Shown in pieces: positions 32,258 to 40,960 of a DNA stretch of 64,000 nucleotides. Position 1 is the first letter of the stretch, and every line of letters starts with the position of its first letter. Both the position numbers and the translations under genes were made by a program. Under the pieces are notes generated by a model. It was not told the origin of the DNA, did no database searches, and saw only the letters and a program-made list of their open reading frames with translations. The DNA comes from an uncultured bacterium (GTDB lineage Bacteria > Patescibacteriota > Minisyncoccia > Phycocordibacterales > GWA1-40-21), in contig CAWJAN010000001.1 of the NCBI GenBank assembly GCA_963840885.1, forward strand, positions 9,669-73,668, in the 5' to 3' direction.

Positions 32258-34120
32258 TTATTTAATTATGCTTTTAAAATATTTTTCGGTTTCCTTATCT
32301 ATAAAATAAACATAGCACCCTTTCATTCCGCGAGTCATAAGCGTGCGATAGGTATTTTTTATAATTTTATCCGATTTCTCAGAGGCAAACTTTGGATTAT
32401 TCTTAAAATCTGCTTTATATCCCTTTAATGAGGCATCTGTCTTAGCGCGTTTACTCGGATCAGTAATAACTTTTCCGTCTCTGACAACAAAATCCGGACC
32501 AACTATCACACCTATATAGTCAACCTCAAGACCCTGACAGGTATGTATGCAACCGACTTCATTTACTGATTTTGGTGAGATAATCCAAACGTTTCCATCT
32601 TCTGATAGGTTCCATTTCATTTCAAAGTCATATTCTGGAATGACAATATCTTTGAGTGATTTATTCTTCTTACTTATCCAGTTCCAACAGTAACCTGCGA
32701 CAAGGCGAGCCTTATTATTTATTTCGTTTTTATTGAAAATTAAATCTCTGAGTTCATTAGGTGAATCAACAATTTTAAAATCATAGTTAATACCTTCAAG
32801 TGTTTTGTTTGCCGTTTCTTTTATTTGTAATGAATTATCAAGCCATGAAAGATAACCATCTGATCCATTACATCTAAATTGCGATTCTAATTTTAAAAGA
32901 TGAGTTTTTGCGCCAATTTTTATTGCCCACTTTTCTATTTCTTCTTTTTTCCCTATATCGTGCCATGTGACTTTTTGATCTTCATCAATAAAAAATACCG
33001 AACATTTTGAAGCCTCTATTATTTCTTTAATCTGATTTTCTCCAAGATTTTTAAACATACCAGACTTTTCATTTAATCTATGAGCTTCATCAACAAGAAG
33101 ACAATCAAAAGTGTCCATATTACAGCTAATATAAGAGCCGGAACCGGTAAACATATTTGAAATTTGTGTTTTTTTAAGCGTTCCAGTTAGTTTACTCTCG
33201 AAAACTGCCCTCGGTGCAGCATTCTTTGTTACATATTGAGTATTCAAACCAAGCTTTGTTATTGCTACAAGCAAGTTAACGGCGACAACTGATTTACCTG
33301 TTCCTGGACCTCCATCAACCATGAGAACATTTTTATTATCACAAGTGGATTTTTTAGTTAGAGCTAAAGCAGTTTCATAAACAATTTTTTGGTCATCAAT
33401 CATGATAAATTCTTGATTGCCTTTTATCATTGATGCCATACTATCTGCAAGATTTTTTGATGGACGTATATCTCCATTATCAATTCTATATAATGTATTC
33501 TTTTTCTCTCCATGTTTAATAAACTTCGTAATAAAATCTTGAAGTTTTTTTTTGTCTCCTTTACAGAAAGCTGGAGCCTTTCCTAGGTAATCATTATAAA
33601 AGGAATCCAGAATTACAGCATTATCTAAGTAATTATGTAGGTAAGCACATGGTTCAAGTCCAATATTCTCTTCGTAGACAACAGCATTAAAACCATAAAG
33701 TAATGTTGAATATGACCATGCTTGATACGATGGATGTAATTCCTCGCTTGGACCACTTGCAAAGTGAGTAATAACCATTGCATCCTTATCTGTTTTTTGA
33801 ATATCAGTCCACTGTTTGAGTTCAATAATGACTACTTTTTCCTTACCATTTTCATCTTCCCCTGTAATAACAAAATCGATTCTGTTTTTGGTTCTAGGTA
33901 TTGAGTATTCGATAGCAACACCAGAATCATTCGGTATTTTGTCTGACTGCATCACTTTATACATTGCATCACCCAAAGAGTTCTTCCATGAGTTATATTC
34001 ACTACTTCCTACCTTAATATCAATATTGAGTTTTTCCTTTACTTTAGATTTTACGATGTCCTCAATCCCATTGGAAGCATCATTCAAAAATCCAAGCTTG
34101 GTGGATTGATAGACTATCAT
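32258..34120 (-). CDS. DUF2075-family protein: N-terminal PD-(D/E)xK nuclease-like domain fused to a Schlafen/SF1-like P-loop ATPase
   Basis: N-terminal IDFVITGEDENGKEKVVIIELKQW (D..ELK). Walker A VDGGPGTGKSVVAVNL. Walker B LLVDEAHRL. Start overlaps the MazG stop by 4 nt. Confidence 0.7.
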   Translation of the reverse strand: MIVYQSTKLGFLNDASNGIEDIVKSKVKEKLNIDIKVGSSEYNSWKNSLGDAMYKVMQSDKIPNDSGVAIEYSIPRTKNRIDFVITGEDENGKEKVVIIELKQWTDIQKTDKDAMVITHFASGPSEELHPSYQAWSYSTLLYGFNAVVYEENIGLEPCAYLHNYLDNAVILDSFYNDYLGKAPAFCKGDKKKLQDFITKFIKHGEKKNTLYRIDNGDIRPSKNLADSMASMIKGNQEFIMIDDQKIVYETALALTKKSTCDNKNVLMVDGGPGTGKSVVAVNLLVAITKLGLNTQYVTKNAAPRAVFESKLTGTLKKTQISNMFTGSGSYISCNMDTFDCLLVDEAHRLNEKSGMFKNLGENQIKEIIEASKCSVFFIDEDQKVTWHDIGKKEEIEKWAIKIGAKTHLLKLESQFRCNGSDGYLSWLDNSLQIKETANKTLEGINYDFKIVDSPNELRDLIFNKNEINNKARLVAGYCWNWISKKNKSLKDIVIPEYDFEMKWNLSEDGNVWIISPKSVNEVGCIHTCQGLEVDYIGVIVGPDFVVRDGKVITDPSKRAKTDASLKGYKADFKNNPKFASEKSDKIIKNTYRTLMTRGMKGCYVYFIDKETEKYFKSIIK

Positions 34121-34122
34121 TT

Positions 34123-34470
34123 TTACAATTGGTTATATTTTTTGTGATTACCTTTAGCTTTTTCAACTGAATATTTTTGTTCATTCTTTTCCATCTTATC
34201 ATCTAAAGATTTTACAAGATCAATATCTAAATCCTTACTCATGAGAAGTATCCAGTATAAAGTATCAGCTAATTCATCAGCGATATCAGTCTTATTGGTT
34301 TTTATATATTCTTCTATCTCCTTAGTATTTTTCCATTGGAAATGTTCCATCACCTCAGTAGCTTCAAGTACAAGTGAAATTGCTAAATCTTTAGGGTTAT
34401 GAAATTGTTTCCAATCTCGTGCATCTCTAAAATCTAATATTCTTTTTGAGAGTCTTTCAATATCTGACAT
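34123..34470 (-). CDS. MazG-like all-alpha nucleoside triphosphate pyrophosphohydrolase
   Basis: 115 aa with EExxE-type metal-binding motifs (LEATEVMEHF, ADELADTLYWIL). Confidence 0.6.
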   Translation of the reverse strand: MSDIERLSKRILDFRDARDWKQFHNPKDLAISLVLEATEVMEHFQWKNTKEIEEYIKTNKTDIADELADTLYWILLMSKDLDIDLVKSLDDKMEKNEQKYSVEKAKGNHKKYNQL

Positions 34471-34479
34471 TATTTTATT

Positions 34480-34950
34480 TTAAATTTTATTTTTTAATAT
34501 AAAGTTTTTTAACCATTCAGCATCTTCATTCATAATAAGTAATGAACCAGACGGTCTATTTTCTGAATTTCCATTATTTATTCGTATTTGGCCAGGAGAC
34601 GCCGTCCATATATTTATTCTACTCACTCCAAAAATCATAGCAATAATACCCTTTTTTATAATTATATTTTGGATACTACTAAAAGGAATGGATTTTGATT
34701 TTTTAATTAAAATCCCTGAATTTATTGTTAGTGTTTTTTCAGACACAATAAAATTAATACACGCATAATCTAAAAGTAACCAAATGGCAACCAAAATCAT
34801 AAATCTACCAAGAGAATTAAAAGTATCTGGCATATCGCTAACAAGACCACCAATAAATAAGGTAATTATAAAGAGTATTATAAAAAGCCAAGTTATTCCA
34901 TATAATCTTGCTGACCAAGGTAATTTTATTTTTTGATTAAGTGTAATCAT
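34480..34950 (-). CDS. membrane protein with bacterial PH domain (bPH_2, YdbS/YdbT-like)
   Basis: Two N-terminal TM helices then a PH-like region; ends 10 nt upstream of the MazG gene. Confidence 0.5.
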   Translation of the reverse strand: MITLNQKIKLPWSARLYGITWLFIILFIITLFIGGLVSDMPDTFNSLGRFMILVAIWLLLDYACINFIVSEKTLTINSGILIKKSKSIPFSSIQNIIIKKGIIAMIFGVSRINIWTASPGQIRINNGNSENRPSGSLLIMNEDAEWLKNFILKNKI

Positions 34951-35159
34951 TTGGTTTTTAATCAGATTAATTTTAATTATACTATAAAATAAATATTTAT
35001 CGTACTCAGGAACAATCTTAAAATGTTACTTAGTATGTTTTGGTCATTTGTTGTCTCTTGTGAGTCACTGCATATAAATTAAAATAGCTTTAAGAAGACC
35101 CATATAACACGAATGTCATAAAGCTATTAACGTAAACGGTATCTAGTCTGAAAATCCAA

Positions 35160-35210
35160 GGTTAGAACCGCAGTACTGGAATCTAACCATGATTACACTC
35201 TAGATATGCC
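35160..35210. repeat. tRNA-Gln 3'-end-like repeat, copy R5 (3' portion of the long form)
   Basis: GGTTAGAACCGCAGTACTGGAATCTAACCATGATTACACTCTAGATATGCC. Confidence 0.6.
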
Positions 35211-35252
35211 TAAGTTTATGAAAGAGATGCAATAATCTGATAGTGAAGAAAA

Positions 35253-35918
35253 TTATTTTTTTCTTGGGCTATAAAGTTTTTCTTCCGCAAGTTTAAGTGT
35301 TTCTTCACCTAATCTCTTGAGACTTTCAGGTAAGTTTTTCAAAACTTTATGAAGATCATCCAGATAATAATTTGGCATACCACTTTTTTTAACATACTCT
35401 CTTATTTCTGGAAGTGTTTCTTCAGCACCAAAACCTGCTTTTATATCCATTTCTAATTTTTCGATCATTCTTGAAATTTCTCCAACTTGTCCCTTATCTC
35501 TAAATTTTTCAATCTCGAAGTCTATAATTGTTCGTTTAATATCAAAAATTTCATTTTCAAATTTAGTCTGAATAGACTTAATTTGAATAGCAATAGAATC
35601 AGAACTTTTCTTTATTTGATTTTGAAAAGAATTTTTTGCATCAACCAATTCTTTTTCAAGAATACCTAACTTAGAATTTTTTACTTCTTTTCTTATTCTA
35701 AAAATAATTACTGTAATGATAATGAGACAAATTAATATAAACAATTCAAAAGGATACTTACAAACTAAAATGAATAATCTAGATAACTTATCAAACAAGT
35801 ATGAATATATTTGCCACTTTAATAAATAGTCAATTAAAGTCATCAAAGCAACCAGTGAAGTTATTATTGTAATAATCTTTCCTATTAGGGTTTTTGTCCA
35901 AAAATATATTTTTTGCAT
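35253..35918 (-). CDS. hypothetical membrane-anchored coiled-coil protein
   Basis: N-terminal TM helices then a long coiled-coil segment. Confidence 0.4.
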   Translation of the reverse strand: MQKIYFWTKTLIGKIITIITSLVALMTLIDYLLKWQIYSYLFDKLSRLFILVCKYPFELFILICLIIITVIIFRIRKEVKNSKLGILEKELVDAKNSFQNQIKKSSDSIAIQIKSIQTKFENEIFDIKRTIIDFEIEKFRDKGQVGEISRMIEKLEMDIKAGFGAEETLPEIREYVKKSGMPNYYLDDLHKVLKNLPESLKRLGEETLKLAEEKLYSPRKK

Positions 35919-35968
35919 TTTTTAAAAATTAATAATAAATCAAAGCAAGCTGAACTACACTTCTGTTA

Positions 35969-36120
35969 GCTGGGACTTATAACGGACGTTAGAACTATGA
36001 TGCTTAAATCTGAACCTGAAAATCTTTCGTTAGAACCAACCGATAATGTAGGATTGAAGCCACAAAATAGTAATTTTGAAACTCTAAATCCTACTTTGCT
36101 GGCCGACTCGAGTTAGAACC
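35969..36120. repeat. cluster of three partial tRNA-Gln 3'-end-like repeats (R6a-c)
   Basis: GCTGGGACTTATAACGGACGTTAGAAC (35969-35995); CGTTAGAACC (36028-36037); GCTGGCCGACTCGAGTTAGAACC (36098-36120). R6c is 17/23 identical to the tRNA-Gln 3' end. Confidence 0.6.
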
Positions 36121-36405
36121 ACCACTGGTCAAGCACCCCAATGTCATTCTTAGCTTTTTAAGTGTATCAGAACGACGCGACTCGAGCGACTTAAAAAGTG
36201 ACAAAAGTGACAATTTTATCGCTTGTAATATTCACTACCTCTTGCGAGACTTTCAAACGTTTCTTACAACACCATAATAAAGTTAGAGAAACTAGATAGA
36301 CCTGCAAATCCAACCGTAGAAACACTCACGCTTCTTGCGAAGGCACTGGAAACCTCTATCCCAGCATTGCTCTCTCATGAGGGATAGCTGACTTTCCTGA
36401 TTATT

Positions 36406-37368
36406 TTACTTGCCCCGCAGTAGAGTTAGGAAGAACGTCAAGATACCTGAAGCGAAAAAGGCAAAAGCGAAATTGTATTGGATTATGGTAACAATCAGGG
36501 ACAGCAACCAAAGAGCTACAGACACAACGACGAATAGCCAAACCCACTGAAGAACGAAAGCACTGAATTTGATACCGAAAGAAACTTTATTCTTTACTTC
36601 CTTCTTCGTAGATGCGGGTTTTTTGTTTAGAAATACCTCAATATGTTCTAGGATTTCTTTACTTGATCTAAATTCACCATTAGAAATACCAACATACTCT
36701 TTTGATTTCTCATCAAACAATTTCTCTTGGATTTTGTTTACATGTTCTATGGCTTTTTTGCTTTCTTCATCTGACATAGCGTCTTGTTTTGATTTTGGAT
36801 ACCAAATTTCTCGTCCTGTTGCATATTCATCAGTAATTTTTAATCCGGTAGTATCTGATGCGAGGATTTTCTCAATTTTAAGTGTTGCAGTCTTTATTTT
36901 TTCTGCGAACTGTCTCAGATGACGGCGATAATCATCCGGAGAAATTATTTCAGGGTGTTTAGAAAGTATATACATAGATACAGGCAACCAGCCCTCGTGC
37001 CATTCAACTTCTTTTTTAAGACCATCGATAAACCCTTTGGTCATCGAGCTCATAGAAGCCACTTCATTTCTGTCAGTAAGAATATCGGTCTCCAAAACAA
37101 CACCATCTTTCACACAGTATCGTTCTGGTGGCTCATCTACTCGTTCAGTTAGTCGAGTTTCCACTTTCACTGGATCAGTTTTAATGCGATATTCAAATTT
37201 TTCGGTACGGTAGTAGACATCATCCTTCAAACGCATTCTTGATTGATAAGTTTTTGAATCCGGAAACACATCAATTGTAAAATCTGCGTATTCGTCGTCA
37301 AGTGAAAGTGTATTATCGCCGTCTTCTTCAAAGATTTCTATTTTCATATTAAAAATATAATACCACAA
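36406..37368 (-). CDS. hypothetical protein with C-terminal TM helices
   Basis: 320 aa; soluble N-terminal region, two C-terminal TM helices; immediately downstream of the HEPN-motif gene. Confidence 0.45.
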   Translation of the reverse strand: MWYYIFNMKIEIFEEDGDNTLSLDDEYADFTIDVFPDSKTYQSRMRLKDDVYYRTEKFEYRIKTDPVKVETRLTERVDEPPERYCVKDGVVLETDILTDRNEVASMSSMTKGFIDGLKKEVEWHEGWLPVSMYILSKHPEIISPDDYRRHLRQFAEKIKTATLKIEKILASDTTGLKITDEYATGREIWYPKSKQDAMSDEESKKAIEHVNKIQEKLFDEKSKEYVGISNGEFRSSKEILEHIEVFLNKKPASTKKEVKNKVSFGIKFSAFVLQWVWLFVVVSVALWLLSLIVTIIQYNFAFAFFASGILTFFLTLLRGK

Positions 37369-37374
37369 AACTAG

Positions 37375-38142
37375 TTAAATTTCTGCTCCGTAAGCTTGGT
37401 CACAAATACCAACAACAAAATTAAAAAACTTCTGTGATAATTCCAAGAGTTTAGTATTTATCGGAGAATTTTTATTACGTGGATCATCTTGTACCATAAT
37501 CGCATAATTTAAATCTATCACTACTTTATCATTGATGTTATTCGGAGCTTCTACAATTTTAACCACACCTTCATGTTCAATAACATTTCTGTAATCAAAA
37601 AGAAGTTTGTATATGGTATCGTTATTTGAATTTTCAATTATACTTTTAAGTTCGGTGTTTTTCTTTTCAAGATCTTTAAGCTTTTTACAAAGTTCCCCCC
37701 AATCTGGTCTTTTAATTCCAAGACTATATATTTCATTTATCTCATTTGCCAACCAATCAAGAGAACTCATAAGAGAGATTGTTAGAGTATAAAAATATTC
37801 GTGTATTCTAATAGTTTCAATTGTAAATATCTCACCGGTATTTCCAGTTGATGGATCTGGATATAATGTAGAAGTTGGAACTCCCGATAGACCTATTGTG
37901 GTTATTGGTAATGTATATTGTCCAGTTTTTCTTGCCACACTAAGTTGTTGCTCTTTTAAATTAGAAAGTGCATCTTGAGCAAAGAGTAAACGCATAGTTA
38001 AAACATTTATTCCATATTTTTTAAGTGGGTTGTTGCCTATATTTTCAAGTTTGTTCCACAAAAACTCTTGGTTATTAAAAAATGGTGCTAGATCTGCCAA
38101 ACCACGATTATCTCTATAAGTGTTGAAGAAATATCCTTTCAT
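37375..38142 (-). CDS. hypothetical protein with a HEPN-like Rx4H motif (Abi-like)
   Basis: 255 aa; C-terminal YRNVIEHEG fits the HEPN Rx4-6H signature; no other domain recognised. Confidence 0.4.
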   Translation of the reverse strand: MKGYFFNTYRDNRGLADLAPFFNNQEFLWNKLENIGNNPLKKYGINVLTMRLLFAQDALSNLKEQQLSVARKTGQYTLPITTIGLSGVPTSTLYPDPSTGNTGEIFTIETIRIHEYFYTLTISLMSSLDWLANEINEIYSLGIKRPDWGELCKKLKDLEKKNTELKSIIENSNNDTIYKLLFDYRNVIEHEGVVKIVEAPNNINDKVVIDLNYAIMVQDDPRNKNSPINTKLLELSQKFFNFVVGICDQAYGAEI

Positions 38143-38298
38143 ATTTAATGTCTAACATAAAAACCTCTTATTCACAATTAATCTGCCATTGGATAGCAGA
38201 AGTTCGAATCCCACCTCCTATTATTTTATGGTGTGGTGTAATATGTCAAATATTCAGACTTGAGGGTCTATTTTAATACTTGTATTTAAATACAACTT

Positions 38299-38321
38299 GC
38301 TGTGCGGCTCGAGTTAGAACC
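38299..38321. repeat. tRNA-Gln 3'-end-like repeat, copy R7
   Basis: GCTGTGCGGCTCGAGTTAGAACC; 20/23 identical to R6c. Confidence 0.6.
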
Positions 38322-38394
38322 TTGCTCGGACAAGCCCCACAAGGTGATTTTGAATGATTTGAGTATATGAAATCAACGTGACTAGAGGTACTAG

Positions 38395-38601
38395 TTAAGC
38401 CTTACGCCAATGATCTCGTTTACCAATCTTTGTTATTCGAACACGCTCAATAAGAAGTTCTTGTGGGTCGAGCTTTTGCGCTTTCTCGATCGCCTTTTCT
38501 TGTGTAGTAGCAGTTGCAATAGGTTTTTTTACCTTAGGCGCCTTTACTCCATAATTACCATTTGGTAATCGTTCTACAAATAATTTTTTAGGTTTGTTCA
38601 T
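38395..38601 (-). CDS. DUF2188-family small protein
   Basis: VERLPNGNYGVKAP..TTQEKAIEKAQKL..ERVRITKIGKRDHW matches the DUF2188 pattern. Confidence 0.5.
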   Translation of the reverse strand: MNKPKKLFVERLPNGNYGVKAPKVKKPIATATTQEKAIEKAQKLDPQELLIERVRITKIGKRDHWRKA

Positions 38602-38615
38602 CTTTTACATTCTAT

Positions 38616-38638
38616 CACAAAAGTGACAAAAGTGACAG
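38616..38638 (-). promoter_or_regulatory. direct repeat GTGACAAAAGTGACA in the 5' region of the DUF2188 gene (operator-like)
   Basis: CACAAAAGTGACAAAAGTGACAG lies 15-37 nt upstream of the start codon; a second copy is at 36194-36213. Confidence 0.35.
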
Positions 38639-38641
38639 TTT

Positions 38642-39784
38642 TTAATCCTCTATATTTATATCTGGAATGTACCCGTAATTATGTAGAGCATTTAGTATTA
38701 CTGAGTACAAAGCTTCTTGAGGTACTTGGAAAAGTGGAAATAGTGGTAGCGCTTGAAGTGTTTCTGCATTACCAGCGTCTTTATCAGTTTGATAATGAAA
38801 CGAGAAATTAGTAAAATATACTGCATTATATGTTGATGGGTTTTCTGGTGTATTTGGTTCTTGTTTTTTTGCCGTATTTAAAATATCTTTTATCCATGTT
38901 TTTTGCTTAAAATCCTCAAAGTCTTCTTGCGGTGCATTTACATCAATAAAAATTATAAAGGGCATTTTCCCGCACTCGGTTTTCTTTAAAGCTTGATTAA
39001 ACAGACGTTGAATATCTCCCTTACGATTTTTTAAATTATCTACTTTACCTGGAGTATGCAGAACTCCAGCTCGATGTCTACTTTTTGCCTCAACAGCTAT
39101 TTCAGTACCTGTTTCCGTATGAATTGCAATAAACTCAGAATGTTTTTCTGTATTATCATCTATCCATTTTATGGTGAATCCTAATCTTGCAATTATTGCG
39201 GCTACCATAATTTCATATCTTGCACCTTGATATTGACGTGGTATACGTAAACGTTTAATAAGCGAATCAGGGAGGTTTGAACAATTTCTTAGGGTCGCTA
39301 TATCAAATGCAAGTGTCAACATAGATTTAACCCAACCATTTGGCGGGTATGCAAATATCCCATCCTTTGATGGTTCAACTATTTTTATTAGTTCTTTTTT
39401 CCACTGATCAGCATGAGAAAAACATTTAAAGATATGGTGCCTGTCATCTTCTGATAATAATTTCTGTTTTGAAAACCAATCAGACCCAAGTGTATCCCTA
39501 AGGGCGATCTGGACAAAATCATGGAAAGTTTGATTCAGTTCTGGACTTGAATATAGTTGATTGCCCAAGGCCCAGATTTTTTTATCCTTAAATATTATGG
39601 GTGTTACATAATTCATATAGATACCTCTACTTTGTAATTCCTCCTTTTTCTCTTTAGTTTTTTTGAAAAAATCCAATGCTTCTTGGGGAATTTTGTCTTG
39701 ATCCATATGACATTTTTTATATTTTTTCCCACTATTACATGGGCAGTGATCATTTCTGCCTATCTTCATACTATTTATAAACAC
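38642..39784 (-). CDS. SEC-C metal-binding motif protein with a possible PD-(D/E)xK-like core
   Basis: N-terminal NDHCPCNSGKKYKKCH SEC-C motif; internal EFIAIHTETGTEIAVEAKSR segment. Confidence 0.55.
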   Translation of the reverse strand: MFINSMKIGRNDHCPCNSGKKYKKCHMDQDKIPQEALDFFKKTKEKKEELQSRGIYMNYVTPIIFKDKKIWALGNQLYSSPELNQTFHDFVQIALRDTLGSDWFSKQKLLSEDDRHHIFKCFSHADQWKKELIKIVEPSKDGIFAYPPNGWVKSMLTLAFDIATLRNCSNLPDSLIKRLRIPRQYQGARYEIMVAAIIARLGFTIKWIDDNTEKHSEFIAIHTETGTEIAVEAKSRHRAGVLHTPGKVDNLKNRKGDIQRLFNQALKKTECGKMPFIIFIDVNAPQEDFEDFKQKTWIKDILNTAKKQEPNTPENPSTYNAVYFTNFSFHYQTDKDAGNAETLQALPLFPLFQVPQEALYSVILNALHNYGYIPDINIED

Positions 39785-40124
39785 ATAGATTCATAATGAT
39801 AGGATTTACGACTAAATATATTTCCCAAATAAATAAACAAACAAAAACAAGAAACATTGTTGAGATCACCACCTCTTCTTTTTTCTCATTTTTCCCTTCA
39901 AGTTTCGATTGATATTTTTTTAGTTCTTTATATAAAATATTAAAAAAATTGAATATGATATAGAGTATACCAATAGTTACCAAACTCTTAAGTGCTGTGA
40001 TGCCAGAGATATCCTTAATTGGTAGTGCACAATATGTTTGTGATAGGAATATTACCAAAGATAAACCAGCGGCAACCTCGAATAAAGATTTCATAACCGA
40101 AAATATCAGGAGCATTACTAGCAT
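39771..40124 (-). CDS. small hypothetical membrane protein
   Basis: 117 aa, three TM helices; overlaps the SEC-C gene start by 14 nt and the alternative ORF 40015..40281. Confidence 0.35.
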   Translation of the reverse strand: MLVMLLIFSVMKSLFEVAAGLSLVIFLSQTYCALPIKDISGITALKSLVTIGILYIIFNFFNILYKELKKYQSKLEGKNEKKEEVVISTMFLVFVCLFIWEIYLVVNPIIMNLCVYK

Positions 40125-40319
40125 TATGTTTGATCCCCATTTGGGTTTCTAACCAGTGACCATCTTTACCATCATGGCTCTGGTTTGAGCCTGAAGTATC
40201 CGAGCTTTTACCTCTGACATTTTTATTAAAGAGATCAACAATTTTCTTGATGATCTGCTGACGACTAAGATTTACTGACATGAATAAATACTAGCAAAAA
40301 TAAGAGAATATTGCGACCC

Positions 40320-40823
40320 CTACTTTATATTATCAAGAACAATTTTAGCTTCTGCCAATAGTGATTTTGTAACACTTAAATTCCAAGCTCTCATCGTGGA
40401 GTGCCATCTTTTGAATTTAAGAAATTGTTCCCAAGTTAATTCAATAATTCTTTTAGGTTTATAGTCTTTAAAGATTTGAACAATAATGACATATTCAAAC
40501 TTTTTGTCTGGAATAATATAATCGTCTTTTTCGCCAACACCGTAAAAAACGCCAGTGGTACTACTCGGTTCAGAAATTGTCTTAATACTGTATCTTTCTC
40601 CTTTTCTACTTAAAGCATCTACATTCTGAGTACCTTCGGGAGCAGCTTGAAGATTAGGCATTCCACTTATTGAATTATAAGTTTCAACAGCCAAAAATTC
40701 CCCTCGTTCACCAACGATGTTATTTGTTCTAACTAGGTTACGTTTTTTTAATTCTTGCTGAATATCAGCATATCCTAGCCAAAGCTCTTCATTGTTTAAT
40801 TCATCAGTATTTACTTTTTTCAT
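40320..40823 (-). CDS. hypothetical protein (possible nuclease-like fold)
   Basis: 167 aa; GERGEFLAVETY segment; first gene next to tRNA-Gln; ORF 40015..40281 might be a frameshifted continuation. Confidence 0.4.
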   Translation of the reverse strand: MKKVNTDELNNEELWLGYADIQQELKKRNLVRTNNIVGERGEFLAVETYNSISGMPNLQAAPEGTQNVDALSRKGERYSIKTISEPSSTTGVFYGVGEKDDYIIPDKKFEYVIIVQIFKDYKPKRIIELTWEQFLKFKRWHSTMRAWNLSVTKSLLAEAKIVLDNIK

Positions 40824-40850
40824 AGCTATCTTTGAGCTAGCTCAAACTTG

Positions 40851-40921
40851 CTGGGGGACTTGGATTCGAACCAAGATAACAGCCTTCAAAGGGCCGTGTC
40901 CTACCATTAGACGATCCCCCA
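40851..40921 (-). tRNA. tRNA-Gln (anticodon UUG)
   Basis: Reverse complement folds as a cloverleaf: 7-bp acceptor UGGGGGA/UCCCCCA with U1:A72, T-arm CTTGG-TTCGAAT-CCAAG, anticodon loop CTTTGAA. Confidence 0.75.
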
Positions 40922-40929
40922 ATACTTTG

Positions 40930-40960
40930 GGTTTCGTGTCCTGCCATTAGCCTGCCCCCT
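40930..40960 (-). other. truncated tRNA 5'-half fragment (pseudo-tRNA) immediately upstream of tRNA-Gln
   Basis: Reverse complement GGGGGCAGGCTAATGGCAGGACACGAAACCC parallels the first ~31 nt of the intact tRNA. Confidence 0.5.

Noticed and set aside
30380-38330. CRISPR array or canonical integron attC array
   Set aside because: The repeats vary in length from about 23 to 73 bp, and the intervening segments are whole genes of very different sizes, so this is not a CRISPR array. The repeats lack the canonical attC R''(RYYYAAC)/R'(GTTRRRY) pair and obvious symmetric stems: the core is GTTAGAAC, and no IntI-like gene is visible. I describe them only as tRNA-3'-end-like att repeats.
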